Source: Patescibacteria group bacterium (GTDB taxonomy: Bacteria > Patescibacteriota > Microgenomatia > UBA8517). Taken from it: 64,000 nucleotides of DNA. This document shows positions 27,603 to 37,342 of the stretch, piece after piece. The stretch lies in the NCBI GenBank assembly GCA_022868165.1, contig JALHYA010000008.1:38444-102443 (forward strand), read 5' to 3'. Below the pieces are notes generated by a model. That model made no database searches. It saw only the letters and a list, made by a program, of their open reading frames with translations, and was not told the DNA's origin. Each line of letters starts with the position of its first letter. Position 1 is the first letter of the stretch. Position numbers and translations under genes: made by a program.

Positions 27603-29130
27603 TATTCCCGATGCAATGGCTAGATTTAATTATTCCCATATCATCCGTACCGGGTATGGATTCAAATTTTAAAGAACGATTCTTGTATTTCTCAAGGAAA
27701 AGAACCGAAGACGACCTTTGAATATAAAGCTGGTCCCAGCAGGCATCGAAAACTCCAACTTCCTGACCGTTTCCAAGTATAATTGTATTCAAAGTATATC
27801 TTAATTGATATAGGTTTGGCTTATATAAGGCGATTTCTTTAATAAACATTCCTGCGTGTTCTCTTGCCCATAATAGTGAAAAATCTTTTGTTCTCCCCCA
27901 TTCCCAGACCACAGCACTCGCTGGCGGATGAGAGACTATATATTGCTCAAGTACGGCCTCTTTTTGCGAGGCCAGCAGAATATTCGAATAATTTAATCTA
28001 ATATTTGTCAATACGACGGGAATTAAAACAATGGCAAAAGCAACCTTGATAACGTTGGGCAACTTATTAAGCACAACACAAGCCATGTAGACGGCCAAAA
28101 CATAGTTGGCAAGTTGATAATAATTCAGGGGGTATTTGGAAAAAATCGCCAATGAAATAACGGTTCCAATTGCCGTCATTACAAGTGGCGAGATAATTTT
28201 TAGCTTTCCCGTAGCAATTCGAACTCCAACGGCCAAAACAGAAACTATAATCAAAAGAAAAGGAAATTTCTCTCGACTGATCAGGCTTTTTATCGATATA
28301 AGATATGACCCCAAATCAAACAAGGCTTTTTTACCTCCCCCCTGTATTCCGGTAGTCGAAGCCAAGGTAGTTACCCATTTTAATAACTGCGGATAGGTAT
28401 GTCTTATAGGCCAAGTAGAGATTAAGAATCCAGCAGCAATTACAAATCCAGAAAAGATTAGGTTATAAATTTTTTGTTTATTTTTGAGACCATTCAAAGT
28501 AAACACCAGGGCTATCGTAATAAAAGTAACCGGAAAATTTGTAAATTTATTGGCAAGAGCTATTCCTGCGAGAAAAGACATAAATATTAAAGTAATTGGA
28601 GATCTGGACTCTACAAAGAAAGAAAATATCAATAGCCACAGAGAAACCAAGAAAAACGATAGTGTCTCAGGAACTAAAGATGTGCCGAAATATGGAAATT
28701 GACTAAAGATATATAAAGATAGCCAAGCAAGAATGATAGCAATTTTGGATTTTGTAGATTTGAATATTGATAACAAAAATATTCCAACCGAGAGACTCAA
28801 CAGAAAAGCCTGAAAATACCTGATGAGGTGATAAATATATTGGACATTCTCAAAAACCCACGCAATAAAGTGGACCCCTAATATAAAGTGCGTGTACAAG
28901 CCAAGCGGCAATAGAACATAAGAAAAAAGTAATATTGTCGGGGTTCCAGGATGAACATAAAATACAATTCTTTTGGCAGAAACATATAGCAAAGAATTGC
29001 TTAAATAAGGAACGTCGGGATCTATTGTGTAAAATGTAGATGCCGGCCCAATACGGAATAAGATACTTGCGGCCAAAAGAAAGGTTAATAAAGAAAAGGT
29101 CGTTATAATAACAATCCAAGATTTTCTCAT
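27592..29130 (-). CDS. Polytopic membrane protein, putative GT-C glycosyltransferase
   Basis: About 12-13 TM helices, 512 aa, no recognisable soluble catalytic domain. It sits in a GT-rich operon and the assignment is by context only. Confidence 0.3.
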   Translation of the reverse strand: MRKSWIVIITTFSLLTFLLAASILFRIGPASTFYTIDPDVPYLSNSLLYVSAKRIVFYVHPGTPTILLFSYVLLPLGLYTHFILGVHFIAWVFENVQYIYHLIRYFQAFLLSLSVGIFLLSIFKSTKSKIAIILAWLSLYIFSQFPYFGTSLVPETLSFFLVSLWLLIFSFFVESRSPITLIFMSFLAGIALANKFTNFPVTFITIALVFTLNGLKNKQKIYNLIFSGFVIAAGFLISTWPIRHTYPQLLKWVTTLASTTGIQGGGKKALFDLGSYLISIKSLISREKFPFLLIIVSVLAVGVRIATGKLKIISPLVMTAIGTVISLAIFSKYPLNYYQLANYVLAVYMACVVLNKLPNVIKVAFAIVLIPVVLTNIRLNYSNILLASQKEAVLEQYIVSHPPASAVVWEWGRTKDFSLLWAREHAGMFIKEIALYKPNLYQLRYTLNTIILGNGQEVGVFDACWDQLYIQRSSSVLFLEKYKNRSLKFESIPGTDDMGIIKSSHCIGNNDK

Positions 29131-30149
29131 TACAAAAGAACATCATCTAGTCTGTCTGAAAGAAAGTTCGGTTTCCACTTGGAAAATCTTTTCTCCATCT
29201 TGAAGGCATCACAATAAATAACACTATCTACCAGAAGAGACGCTCTCCAAAATAAATTGTAAAGACTCGGAGGTAAATAGTCCTCGGTTTTATAAATTAT
29301 TGGTCTAAATAAGGCTGCAAATTTCCAAAATAACAGAGGTAATTTTATTTGATGATACCTATAACCCATTCTTTTATACATCATTTGTGCAATTTTTTGC
29401 AGAGTTAACGACTCCGTACTAACGTTATACACTTCGCATTCTCCTGCCTTCGGTGGCCTTTCCGATGCCAATATTATTGCCCTGGCTGCATCTTCTACAT
29501 GAACAAAGCTTGAAAGCCCGGGCCAATTAAACCTTACTACAAAAGAATTCTTTTGTATCAACTTTCCTATAAAATCGAAGAAGCTATTTTTGCGAAAATT
29601 TTTACCATATACGGTTGGGTATCTTAGAACGGTTAACCTAAAGTTTTTTTCTTTACACGCTTTTTTGACAAACTCTTCGGCTATCAGTTTTGTTTTGGAG
29701 TATCCATTGGTAGGATTCGGGGTTAATTTCTCGTCAAATGGTCTTCTGCAATCTCTTCTACCGCTCATTATGGCGGTCGTGCTGATGTGAATAAAATGAG
29801 TTCGCGGTCCAAGTGTTTTTAAATACCGTAATAAATTTTTTGTCCCCTTATCGTTACAGTCGTAACTAGATGAACTTGTATCGGTGGCTCCTGCCAAATG
29901 AATAACTATTTTCGGAGCTTTATAGATGGTTCCCAGACCACTCTTGGTAACCAAATCTATTTTTTTCATTCTAACGCCCAATTTAGATAAAGTTTGCCTT
30001 CCTTTAATTTCCATCTCATTATTTTTATTCCACACAAGACACAAAATTGAAGAAGGTTTATGCTTTTCAACAAGGAGTGAAACTAATCTTTTTCCTATAA
30101 AGCCTGTAGCCCCGGTTACTATTATCACGCTCGAAGTATAGCATAGCAA
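29130..30149 (-). CDS. NAD-dependent nucleoside-diphosphate-sugar epimerase/dehydratase (extended SDR)
   Basis: N-terminal IIVTGATGFIGKRLV (GxxGxxG Rossmann) and 339 aa. Confidence 0.75.
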   Translation of the reverse strand: MLCYTSSVIIVTGATGFIGKRLVSLLVEKHKPSSILCLVWNKNNEMEIKGRQTLSKLGVRMKKIDLVTKSGLGTIYKAPKIVIHLAGATDTSSSSYDCNDKGTKNLLRYLKTLGPRTHFIHISTTAIMSGRRDCRRPFDEKLTPNPTNGYSKTKLIAEEFVKKACKEKNFRLTVLRYPTVYGKNFRKNSFFDFIGKLIQKNSFVVRFNWPGLSSFVHVEDAARAIILASERPPKAGECEVYNVSTESLTLQKIAQMMYKRMGYRYHQIKLPLLFWKFAALFRPIIYKTEDYLPPSLYNLFWRASLLVDSVIYCDAFKMEKRFSKWKPNFLSDRLDDVLL

Positions 30150-30166
30150 TTTTGCTACTTTAATCC

Positions 30167-30196
30167 TTGAAAACGTTTTTGCTCAAATGTTACAAT
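30167..30196 (+). promoter_or_regulatory. Candidate promoter (-35 TTGAAA, 18-nt spacer, extended -10 TGtTACAAT) for the plus-strand islet
   Basis: TTGAAA at 30167-30172 and TGTTACAAT at 30188-30196. The GTG start at 30203 lies about 7 nt after the -10, implying a leaderless or very short-leader transcript. Confidence 0.35.
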
Positions 30197-30202
30197 TCGT
30201 AG

Positions 30203-30685
30203 GTGAAGATTCTTCTTAGACAAATAAAAATACTTCTGACTATTTTCCTCTCTCTATTTGCTTTTTCCCTTGTCTTTTCTAGGAACGCAGCTCCGGATTC
30301 GCCGTTCCTTTTTAAAGTGAGAAGGCTGCAAGAAAAAACTTTGATGTTCTTGAAATTTAGTCCCGAGAGCAAAGCCAAATATTATGAATTCCTTCTTGAA
30401 AGAAGACTAAAAGACCTTTCCACGGTCATAAGAGATGGAGAACCCTCTTTTATACTGTCTTCCTCTTTAAGATATTCAACAACGGCAGGACAGCTAACTG
30501 AGTTAATTCAAAAAAATAAAATGAAATCCGAAGTGGCATCGGTTTCAAGCATATTTAAAGAACACCAAAAGAGTTTGTCCGAGCTTATCAATTCATATCC
30601 CAAGGATAGAGACGGAGAGTGGAAATATATCCAGGACGACATTAATTATCTAGACACTTACTCCAGATATTTATTCGAATTATAA
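30203..30685 (+). CDS. Secreted hypothetical protein (signal peptide, helical)
   Basis: N-terminal KILLRQIKILLTIFLSLFAFSLVFSRNAA is a typical Sec signal peptide. No recognisable domain. GTG start. Confidence 0.4.
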   Translation: MKILLRQIKILLTIFLSLFAFSLVFSRNAAPDSPFLFKVRRLQEKTLMFLKFSPESKAKYYEFLLERRLKDLSTVIRDGEPSFILSSSLRYSTTAGQLTELIQKNKMKSEVASVSSIFKEHQKSLSELINSYPKDRDGEWKYIQDDINYLDTYSRYLFEL

Positions 30686-30704
30686 TCTTGTTTCAACAAC
30701 TACA

Positions 30705-32378
30705 ATGCAAAAAATAATTAGCCATTTTCTGCCGTTTCTGCTCTTTGTTTTTTTGGCAGGAACCTACTTTTTTGCTTTTTTATCTCAAAATTATGCAAAG
30801 GGAACTTTTGCTACCGATGAACCAGGGGTAGTCATATCTAGTTTAATCCCAAGCAGATCGTTAGCTGCTATTTTTAAAGATGCAGCTATCACCGCACAAC
30901 CACCATTGGAAAGCATTATTAGAGAAAAAATCTATGTTCCATTGGGGAAAGCCTTGGGAGTCAGTAAGATATATCCTGAGTTTTTTCACAGGTTTATATC
31001 CTTCCTGTGGTGGATTATTCCAATTGGTTACCTCTGCCTTCATTTTAAAGAGTTTTCCAGACAAAGAAAACTTACAATAACTTTTGCCTTTTTGTTAATT
31101 GTTAGTACGCCATTTATGAGGTTTTATCTCGCTGAAGCAAGACACTATTCCGCTATCGCCGCCACGTTCGCAACGATGCTGATTATTCTTTTAAGCGACA
31201 ATGTTACCTACTACCAATTAAGATATCGTTTTCTCGTCATATCCTTATTGCCCCCATTACTTCACATTATTTCCTTTCCCTATTGGTTCATCTTAGTTGT
31301 TTTCTTTTTTTATCGGCTAAAGCAAGAGTCTTTTCAAAAGCATAAGGCCCAATTCTTCGATTTGATTACAATCTATGGAATCTATCTTCCTTTTATAATA
31401 TGGATGTACTTTCAAATATCAAAAATTGCTGCTGACTGGCAACGCCCGGATCTAAAAAACATAAGCTTTAGTTTCATTAATATATATTTGAAGTGGACCA
31501 TCGATTGGATATTTTACCAGACCCCCCTTTACCCCATTTTCAAAATCATTCCAAATATATTAAAAAATAACCTTGTAACCCTTTTTGGCATTTTTTCGAT
31601 TCCCTCTTTTCTTTTACTAATTCGTAAAATCTTTCTTTATAATAACAAAGTTCTCGACGTTACGGCAATTTTCCCAATTATAATTACATTTATATGGCCC
31701 CTAACCATTGCCGCAGTAACATTCAGAAGCGGCTATTTCTCTGGAGAAAGATATTCAATTGCAATGCTAACGATTATTTTTTTCGGCCTCTCGAGTATTA
31801 CCTCCAAACTCTTATATAAAATCAAGAATAATAAGATCCGTCACCTTTCTATCTCTCTTGTATTTATTTTAATAGCCTTTTCCCTGTTCCCCAAAATAAT
31901 TTCGGCTAAATATTTCAATTTAGAAACAGCCGAAAACCGTTTTGTAAAAGAAAACAAAAATTTATTAATGGATGGCCGCAACTTTTTAATACTAGATAAT
32001 GGCGGGTATTCATCCTCCATCGCCACATTGGCAGTTATCTTCAATGTCCCTTTAAGAACTCATTACATTGCCTGCCGCGAAGGAACATTCTATTCCAACG
32101 GAAAAAACATTCTAAATGATTGGCTAAAAAGTCATTCCAAAGATAAAGTCTATTTCTTAACAACCGGGATGGATTTGGAAGGAAATAATAAAATAATCTG
32201 GGAATCAGGTCTTGAAAAATTATATCTTCTGGCCAGCTCTATCGGTACCTCCAGTCTTTGCAGTAACCTTGACACATTTGGAGAGTGTTACATGCGTTGT
32301 ACTAAAGGTTATGATCTTTCACCAGACGGACGAAGCATTCCGGGCACGGTATCCTGGCTGGGTATTTATCGCCCCTAA
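30705..32378 (+). CDS. Polytopic membrane protein, putative GT-C-like
   Basis: 557 aa with about 11 TM helices and a C-terminal soluble segment that has several Cys. Function unknown. Confidence 0.3.
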   Translation: MQKIISHFLPFLLFVFLAGTYFFAFLSQNYAKGTFATDEPGVVISSLIPSRSLAAIFKDAAITAQPPLESIIREKIYVPLGKALGVSKIYPEFFHRFISFLWWIIPIGYLCLHFKEFSRQRKLTITFAFLLIVSTPFMRFYLAEARHYSAIAATFATMLIILLSDNVTYYQLRYRFLVISLLPPLLHIISFPYWFILVVFFFYRLKQESFQKHKAQFFDLITIYGIYLPFIIWMYFQISKIAADWQRPDLKNISFSFINIYLKWTIDWIFYQTPLYPIFKIIPNILKNNLVTLFGIFSIPSFLLLIRKIFLYNNKVLDVTAIFPIIITFIWPLTIAAVTFRSGYFSGERYSIAMLTIIFFGLSSITSKLLYKIKNNKIRHLSISLVFILIAFSLFPKIISAKYFNLETAENRFVKENKNLLMDGRNFLILDNGGYSSSIATLAVIFNVPLRTHYIACREGTFYSNGKNILNDWLKSHSKDKVYFLTTGMDLEGNNKIIWESGLEKLYLLASSIGTSSLCSNLDTFGECYMRCTKGYDLSPDGRSIPGTVSWLGIYRP

Positions 32379-32379
32379 T

Positions 32380-34107
32380 TTACTTTAGAATAAGCCTTTC
32401 ATTAAACAACAGGCCATCAAGGTTACTTTCCATAAAAGTCTTATAGGCCGCCTCTGGCGTTCCCACGATCGGGTATCCGTGAAGATTGAAGGATGTATTA
32501 AGAATTGCCCCAACTCCGGTTTCATTCTTAAATTCTTTGATGATGGCATACCACCCTGGATTCCAGCTCTTGCACACCGTCTGGGGTCTTGCAGATAAAT
32601 CCTGTGGATGCAAAGCGGCGATGAAACTTCTGGCGGCAGGCTTTGTATCAAAAGCCTCTATCATATACGGGGAGGCTTTACTGTTTAAAAGATATCTTTC
32701 CATGTCTTCGCTAAGAATTGAGGCAGCAAAGGGCATCCAAAAATCTCTTTGTTTTATTGCTTGATTAATTTTTCTTACATTGTTAAGGCTTCTGGGATCG
32801 GCCATAATACTTCGATTACCCAAGGCTCTTGGCCCCCACTCGTCCCGACCTGAAAACCTCGCGATAATCTTCCCATTGGCAAGAAGCTTGGCTATTTTTT
32901 TAGGACTTACTCTTTTTGCTTTTTTGATTATATTTTTAGATTTCAAAAAATCGGAAATTTGCTCTTCAGTAAACTCCTGCCCATAATAAAGGTCTCTTAA
33001 TTTTGTTTTTCGAGGTTTAATCTTACTCTCTTTGCAATATCTATAGTATCCCTCCAGGGCTGCTCCTACCGGCGTGCCACCGTCATCGGCGGCAGGATAA
33101 AAAAAGGCACCTTTTACTTCCGGCAGTTCTCTAATTAATTTGTTAGCTTTAACGTTTAAAAACGAGCCACCTGCACAAACAACCCTGTTAACATTAGTCT
33201 CTCTAATAGCATTTTCAACCCACTCTATAACTAGCTGTTCGTGAAGCTCTTGTGTCGCTGCAGAAATATTATCAAATCTTTTTTCAGCTAAAATCTTTCT
33301 ATAGATAGGTTGAAGTTTCTTAAGATATTTCCCACTAATATTTTCAAATTCAAGCGGTTTTTTGGGATTTATTCTAATTATGTCTCTAAGTTCATCTATT
33401 ATGTACTCTGATCTTCCGTATGGTGCCAAACCCATAACTTTGTATTCGTGTTCCCAACGCTTTAATCCGAGATATCCAGTAATTTCAGAATAAAGGTTGT
33501 TGGACAAACTGTCATAAAAACTGGTCTCCGATATTCTTTTGATATTATTGCCTTCTCCCACACTAACAGTCGCCGATATGCCGTCTCCCATACCGTCAAG
33601 CGTTAAGATAAGTGATTTATCTTGCCAAGGTCTTTGATAATAAGCACATGCGGCGTGCGTTTGGTGGTGCTCAACAAAAATGATAGGTTTTTTCCTTATG
33701 TCCAACTTTTCAAATAAAGCATAGAGGCCCGGTCGTCCACGAAGCTTACCAAGCATTTTGACGGCAAGTTTCATAATCTTTGTATTATGAATGTGCGGTG
33801 CCACTAACTCCTGGACTGTATGTATGGGATTTTTCTCAACCTGAAGGGGGTTGCCCACTCTTAAATAACAGCCAACGGCAATAAGAGTAACATCTTCTGG
33901 TTTTAATCGCGCTATTTCGAACACCTTTTGAATAGCCAGTGCGGGTACACCAGAATAGTTCTTAATATTATTTAGTCTTTCCTCATTAATAGCGGCAATA
34001 ACAGCCCCGTTTAGTATAAGGGCGGCACCAGCATTGTGTCCGTCGTGAACACCAAGCACTAAAATGTCTCCTTTGCTTTTGCCAGATGTGGTTTGTTTAG
34101 ATTTCAT
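32380..34107 (-). CDS. Carbamoyltransferase (NodU/CmcH/NovN/TobZ family)
   Basis: N-terminal ILVLGVHDGHNAGAALILNGAVIAAINEERLNNIKNYSGVPALAI and HHQTHAACAYY (metal-binding His motif), 575 aa. Confidence 0.8.
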   Translation of the reverse strand: MKSKQTTSGKSKGDILVLGVHDGHNAGAALILNGAVIAAINEERLNNIKNYSGVPALAIQKVFEIARLKPEDVTLIAVGCYLRVGNPLQVEKNPIHTVQELVAPHIHNTKIMKLAVKMLGKLRGRPGLYALFEKLDIRKKPIIFVEHHQTHAACAYYQRPWQDKSLILTLDGMGDGISATVSVGEGNNIKRISETSFYDSLSNNLYSEITGYLGLKRWEHEYKVMGLAPYGRSEYIIDELRDIIRINPKKPLEFENISGKYLKKLQPIYRKILAEKRFDNISAATQELHEQLVIEWVENAIRETNVNRVVCAGGSFLNVKANKLIRELPEVKGAFFYPAADDGGTPVGAALEGYYRYCKESKIKPRKTKLRDLYYGQEFTEEQISDFLKSKNIIKKAKRVSPKKIAKLLANGKIIARFSGRDEWGPRALGNRSIMADPRSLNNVRKINQAIKQRDFWMPFAASILSEDMERYLLNSKASPYMIEAFDTKPAARSFIAALHPQDLSARPQTVCKSWNPGWYAIIKEFKNETGVGAILNTSFNLHGYPIVGTPEAAYKTFMESNLDGLLFNERLILK

Positions 34108-35553
34108 TTAATATCCCAGAAATTGCCTGGATGGTATTGCTATCGTATTACTTCCTACTTTCCCTCCATATACTACCGATATTCCCCCGGGATAGAAAAC
34201 TTTAAAAAAATTGTTATTCGATAAAACATCTTTCAGAACTTGAGTAGGACTCCAAGGAAGAGTTGAATCGTCTTTGGTATCGTAAAAAACGATCGTTTTT
34301 CCTTTATAATTTTCGGCGTTTGTCTGAAAGTACACATAAACATTTTTGGCCGTTTTTGCGCCCTGTGTTATCCAATTCGTTTGATAGGTCAACCTGAGAG
34401 TCAAAATCGATAACAATAGCCAAATGGTTATCAGAAACAGATTTATGATTCTTGATTTAAGATTTATGATTAGATATCCGACTAACATAACTACACCCAC
34501 CAAAGGCAAAGTTAGATAGAAAGTGAATTTGTGCAAAGGCAGAAAAAGAACAGGAACCAAAGTTATAATGAACCACGCGACGCAAAAAAGAATCAAAATT
34601 GTAGATTTACGATTTAAGATTTTAGACTTAAAAGTTAAGAAAAAAATCGATACTGTTTCAACAACAAACAATATAAAAATCGGAATAATCTGACTGGACC
34701 AAAATTTAAAGAGATTGGGATTTAAATGCAGGCCCGGACCTACAAAATCCACCAGCATTTCCGGAAGATTAAATGACCAAAGACCATACCACCCCAATGT
34801 ATTAACGACCCTTTTTATTGAAAAGTCCCAAATATAGCTATCTCCTGTCGCAAATCCATAATGAAAAACCCGTAAATAAAAGTAGCCGGAAAGTATTAAG
34901 AAATAGGGCATGATTAGGCCGGCAAAACGCTTGACTGGTAAACCGGCTTTTTGGTTTCTGGAATAAAAAAATAACAACGTCAGGATGAAAGGCAAGACTA
35001 CTGCGGTTTCCTTGGACATTAGAGCCAAAATAAATGCGGCTATTGAAATCAAATAATAATTTAACCTTGTTTTTTGAAGAAAATCAAAAAAGTAAATTGA
35101 GGCAGCCAAGAAAAATAGTGCCAGCGACAATTCCTGAAAAGCTCCCGCGTAATAAAGGTGGGCAAAATGGGTAGCCGACGTTGCATAAAGAAATGCGGAG
35201 AGCAACGAGATTGTCTCGGATTTTGTTAGTCTTTTAACTAAAAGGTAGACAAGATAAATTATCAGGAAAAAGACGGCAAAAGAAATTAGCCGGTAACTAA
35301 TCGGTTCTAATCCGGATATTGTCCTCCCCAAAAAATAATAAACCTGAACAGACAGAGGCCTGTAATTCGGGAAACCGCCGGAAGAAGACAATAAGTTAAA
35401 GAAACTTAGGAAATCTTTTAGGTTTTGCGCTTTTGAAATAGCGAGGTGAAAAAAATCATCATTAGTAAAAAATGTCGAAAAGGCTGGATAAAAGAGAAGA
35501 AGAGAAATAAGAAATGTTAGGAAAAGATAATGTATGCTCTTAAAAATCCTCAT
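34108..35553 (-). CDS. Polytopic membrane protein, putative GT-C glycosyltransferase
   Basis: About 12 TM helices and an N-terminal loop FFTNDDFFHLAISKAQ (acidic DD motif in the first extracytoplasmic loop). First gene position after a coupled 9-gene operon. Confidence 0.35.
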   Translation of the reverse strand: MRIFKSIHYLFLTFLISLLLFYPAFSTFFTNDDFFHLAISKAQNLKDFLSFFNLLSSSGGFPNYRPLSVQVYYFLGRTISGLEPISYRLISFAVFFLIIYLVYLLVKRLTKSETISLLSAFLYATSATHFAHLYYAGAFQELSLALFFLAASIYFFDFLQKTRLNYYLISIAAFILALMSKETAVVLPFILTLLFFYSRNQKAGLPVKRFAGLIMPYFLILSGYFYLRVFHYGFATGDSYIWDFSIKRVVNTLGWYGLWSFNLPEMLVDFVGPGLHLNPNLFKFWSSQIIPIFILFVVETVSIFFLTFKSKILNRKSTILILFCVAWFIITLVPVLFLPLHKFTFYLTLPLVGVVMLVGYLIINLKSRIINLFLITIWLLLSILTLRLTYQTNWITQGAKTAKNVYVYFQTNAENYKGKTIVFYDTKDDSTLPWSPTQVLKDVLSNNNFFKVFYPGGISVVYGGKVGSNTIAIPSRQFLGY

Positions 35554-36338
35554 TGGTTGTTTAACAAAAATATTGCCACTACCCTACCTATATTGTGTAA
35601 ATAGTGTAACAAAAGTAAAACAGGATTATCTGTATATTTTTCTACAATTTCTTCATCTTCTTTGAGGGTTTTTTTAAATGAGGAAGACGATATGGAACCC
35701 TCGCTAATCCTAAAGCTGGAAAGGTTTGATTTAAGAATCGCCGGCATTTGTACCCGACCGAGCTTTAGCCACAAATCATATTCCATCACAGCAGTTTTTG
35801 TTCCGGTAAACGGGCCATATTTTTTGTAGGCCTTTGAGCTTAGAAAAACCGAAGGCTGCATCAAGTAATTGACAATAAGCAACGATGGATAATGGTTAAT
35901 GGTTAATAGGTAATTTTTATACTTAGTGACCAAGGGAGATATCTTCTTGCCTTTACTGTCTATCATGTCTCCTCTTCCTGCCAACCAAAGAGTCTTTGGA
36001 TGATTGGCAAAATATTCGCCGACCTTTATCAACGCTCCTTTTTTGTAAACATCATCGGCGTTTATATATGCCAGAATAGCTCCCGTCGCCTTCTTCAACC
36101 CATTATTAATAGCATCAACCTGTCCCTTGTCTTTCTTAGATTCCCAACCGATAATTCTCGGGTATTTCGCGGCATACTTCTTAATTATCTCCACGGTTCC
36201 ATCTGTCGAGCCGCCATCTTGAACTATCACTTCCAGGTTTGGATATTTCTGGTCGGCGATTGATTGGAGAGTTGCCTCTATATATTTGACTTTATTGAAA
36301 GACGGAACAATCACGGAGATTTTCGGAAGGCTTCTCAT
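35550..36338 (-). CDS. Family 2 glycosyltransferase
   Basis: ISVIVPSFNKVKYIEATLQSIADQKYPNLEVIVQDGGSTDGT. Confidence 0.75.
   Translation of the reverse strand: MRSLPKISVIVPSFNKVKYIEATLQSIADQKYPNLEVIVQDGGSTDGTVEIIKKYAAKYPRIIGWESKKDKGQVDAINNGLKKATGAILAYINADDVYKKGALIKVGEYFANHPKTLWLAGRGDMIDSKGKKISPLVTKYKNYLLTINHYPSLLIVNYLMQPSVFLSSKAYKKYGPFTGTKTAVMEYDLWLKLGRVQMPAILKSNLSSFRISEGSISSSSFKKTLKEDEEIVEKYTDNPVLLLLHYLHNIGRVVAIFLLNNQ
35887..35914. repeat. Near-tandem heptamer repeat (GTTAATG x3)
   Basis: ggataatggttaatggttaataggtaat inside the GT2 CDS. Related heptamer tracts occur at 42010 and 44847. Confidence 0.4.
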
Positions 36339-36341
36339 TCA

Positions 36342-36686
36342 TTATTTTCTTTTTGGAACCCTGACTCTGTTTTTCGCTTCTTTTCGAACAAATTCTTCAA
36401 ATTTTTTTTCAATATGTCTAGTTCTAATATATGAAGCCGAGGCAACATAAATTGCCAAAATAAGGCCGCCAACAACCATTAAATCAAAGACCCTGGATAT
36501 TGCAAAGGTTAGCGCAAAGGTTCTCAGTATCTCCGGAAAGATAATGGCAAAAATGGTACAAATCCAAATAATAACCCAGGATAATATTTCTACACTGTTA
36601 AGTTCCCTTCTTTTGTAATGAAGGAGAGCGAGATAGACCATCATCAAAGAAAAAAGGATGGCAACTATTTGTAAACCAATTATCAT
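36342..36686 (-). CDS. Small 3-TM membrane protein (DUF2304-like), partner of DPM1-like GT2
   Basis: 114 aa with three hydrophobic helices and a basic C-terminus. This position and size are typical of the small membrane partner found next to polyprenol-phosphate GT2 genes. Confidence 0.4.
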   Translation of the reverse strand: MIIGLQIVAILFSLMMVYLALLHYKRRELNSVEILSWVIIWICTIFAIIFPEILRTFALTFAISRVFDLMVVGGLILAIYVASASYIRTRHIEKKFEEFVRKEAKNRVRVPKRK

Positions 36687-37342
36687 TTAAAAATCCTCCA
36701 GCGAATTACATCAAAAAAGATGCTGAATGCATCCAGAATTGTAACTCCCTTAACCTTGTCATAGTATAAAGTCGACACAGGCACTTCGCAATAATGCAGG
36801 CCTTTGCGAGCGGTTAGAATAGCTATCTCTGTTTCAACTCCATAACCTGTTGATTCCCAATTAAGCTTCTTAAAGGCTTTCCTCGTTATTGCTTTAAAAC
36901 CACAAATCAGGTCAGAAATATAAACTCCAAAAAGTAAAGATATTGTTACCGAGGCCATTTTATTACCGAGGTATCTGTCGACCGGAACCCCATACCCTAA
37001 ATTTCTTGAGCCGAAAACCACATCGTATTTACCCGATTTTAATTTCTCAATAAAAACATTTATATCTTCCGCTTTATGCTGGCCGTCGGAATCCATAAAA
37101 ATCACTGCGTCTGCACCCATATCAAAAGCCTCCTCCACACCGGTCTTTAACGCAGCTCCTTTGCCAAGGTTTACGCGATGTCGAAAAACGTAGGGAGTAT
37201 ACCTTCGTGCAATTTGATAGGTTTTGTCTGTTGAGCCATCGTCAACCACCACAACCGATTGTTTGGCCTTCCTTAACGAAGCAAGGACAGCACCAATCCT
37301 TTTCTCCTCATTATATGCCGGAACTACGACGAAAATTTTCAT
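36683..37342 (-). CDS. GT2 polyprenol-phosphate sugar synthase (DPM1-like, soluble)
   Basis: MKIFVVVPAYNEEKRIGAVLASL...VVVVDDGSTDKT and MDSDGQH (DxD), 219 aa, matching Dpm1/GtrB catalytic domains. Confidence 0.7.
   Translation of the reverse strand: MKIFVVVPAYNEEKRIGAVLASLRKAKQSVVVVDDGSTDKTYQIARRYTPYVFRHRVNLGKGAALKTGVEEAFDMGADAVIFMDSDGQHKAEDINVFIEKLKSGKYDVVFGSRNLGYGVPVDRYLGNKMASVTISLLFGVYISDLICGFKAITRKAFKKLNWESTGYGVETEIAILTARKGLHYCEVPVSTLYYDKVKGVTILDAFSIFFDVIRWRIFK

Noticed and set aside
34420-34640. Short direct repeats (agatttatgatt x2; gatttaagattt variants) inside the membrane-protein gene 34108-35553
   Set aside because: They encode Ile/Leu/Asn/Lys-rich loop segments (IINLKSRIINL, ILNRKSTILI). 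This is consistent with AT-rich codon bias rather than a functional repeat element.
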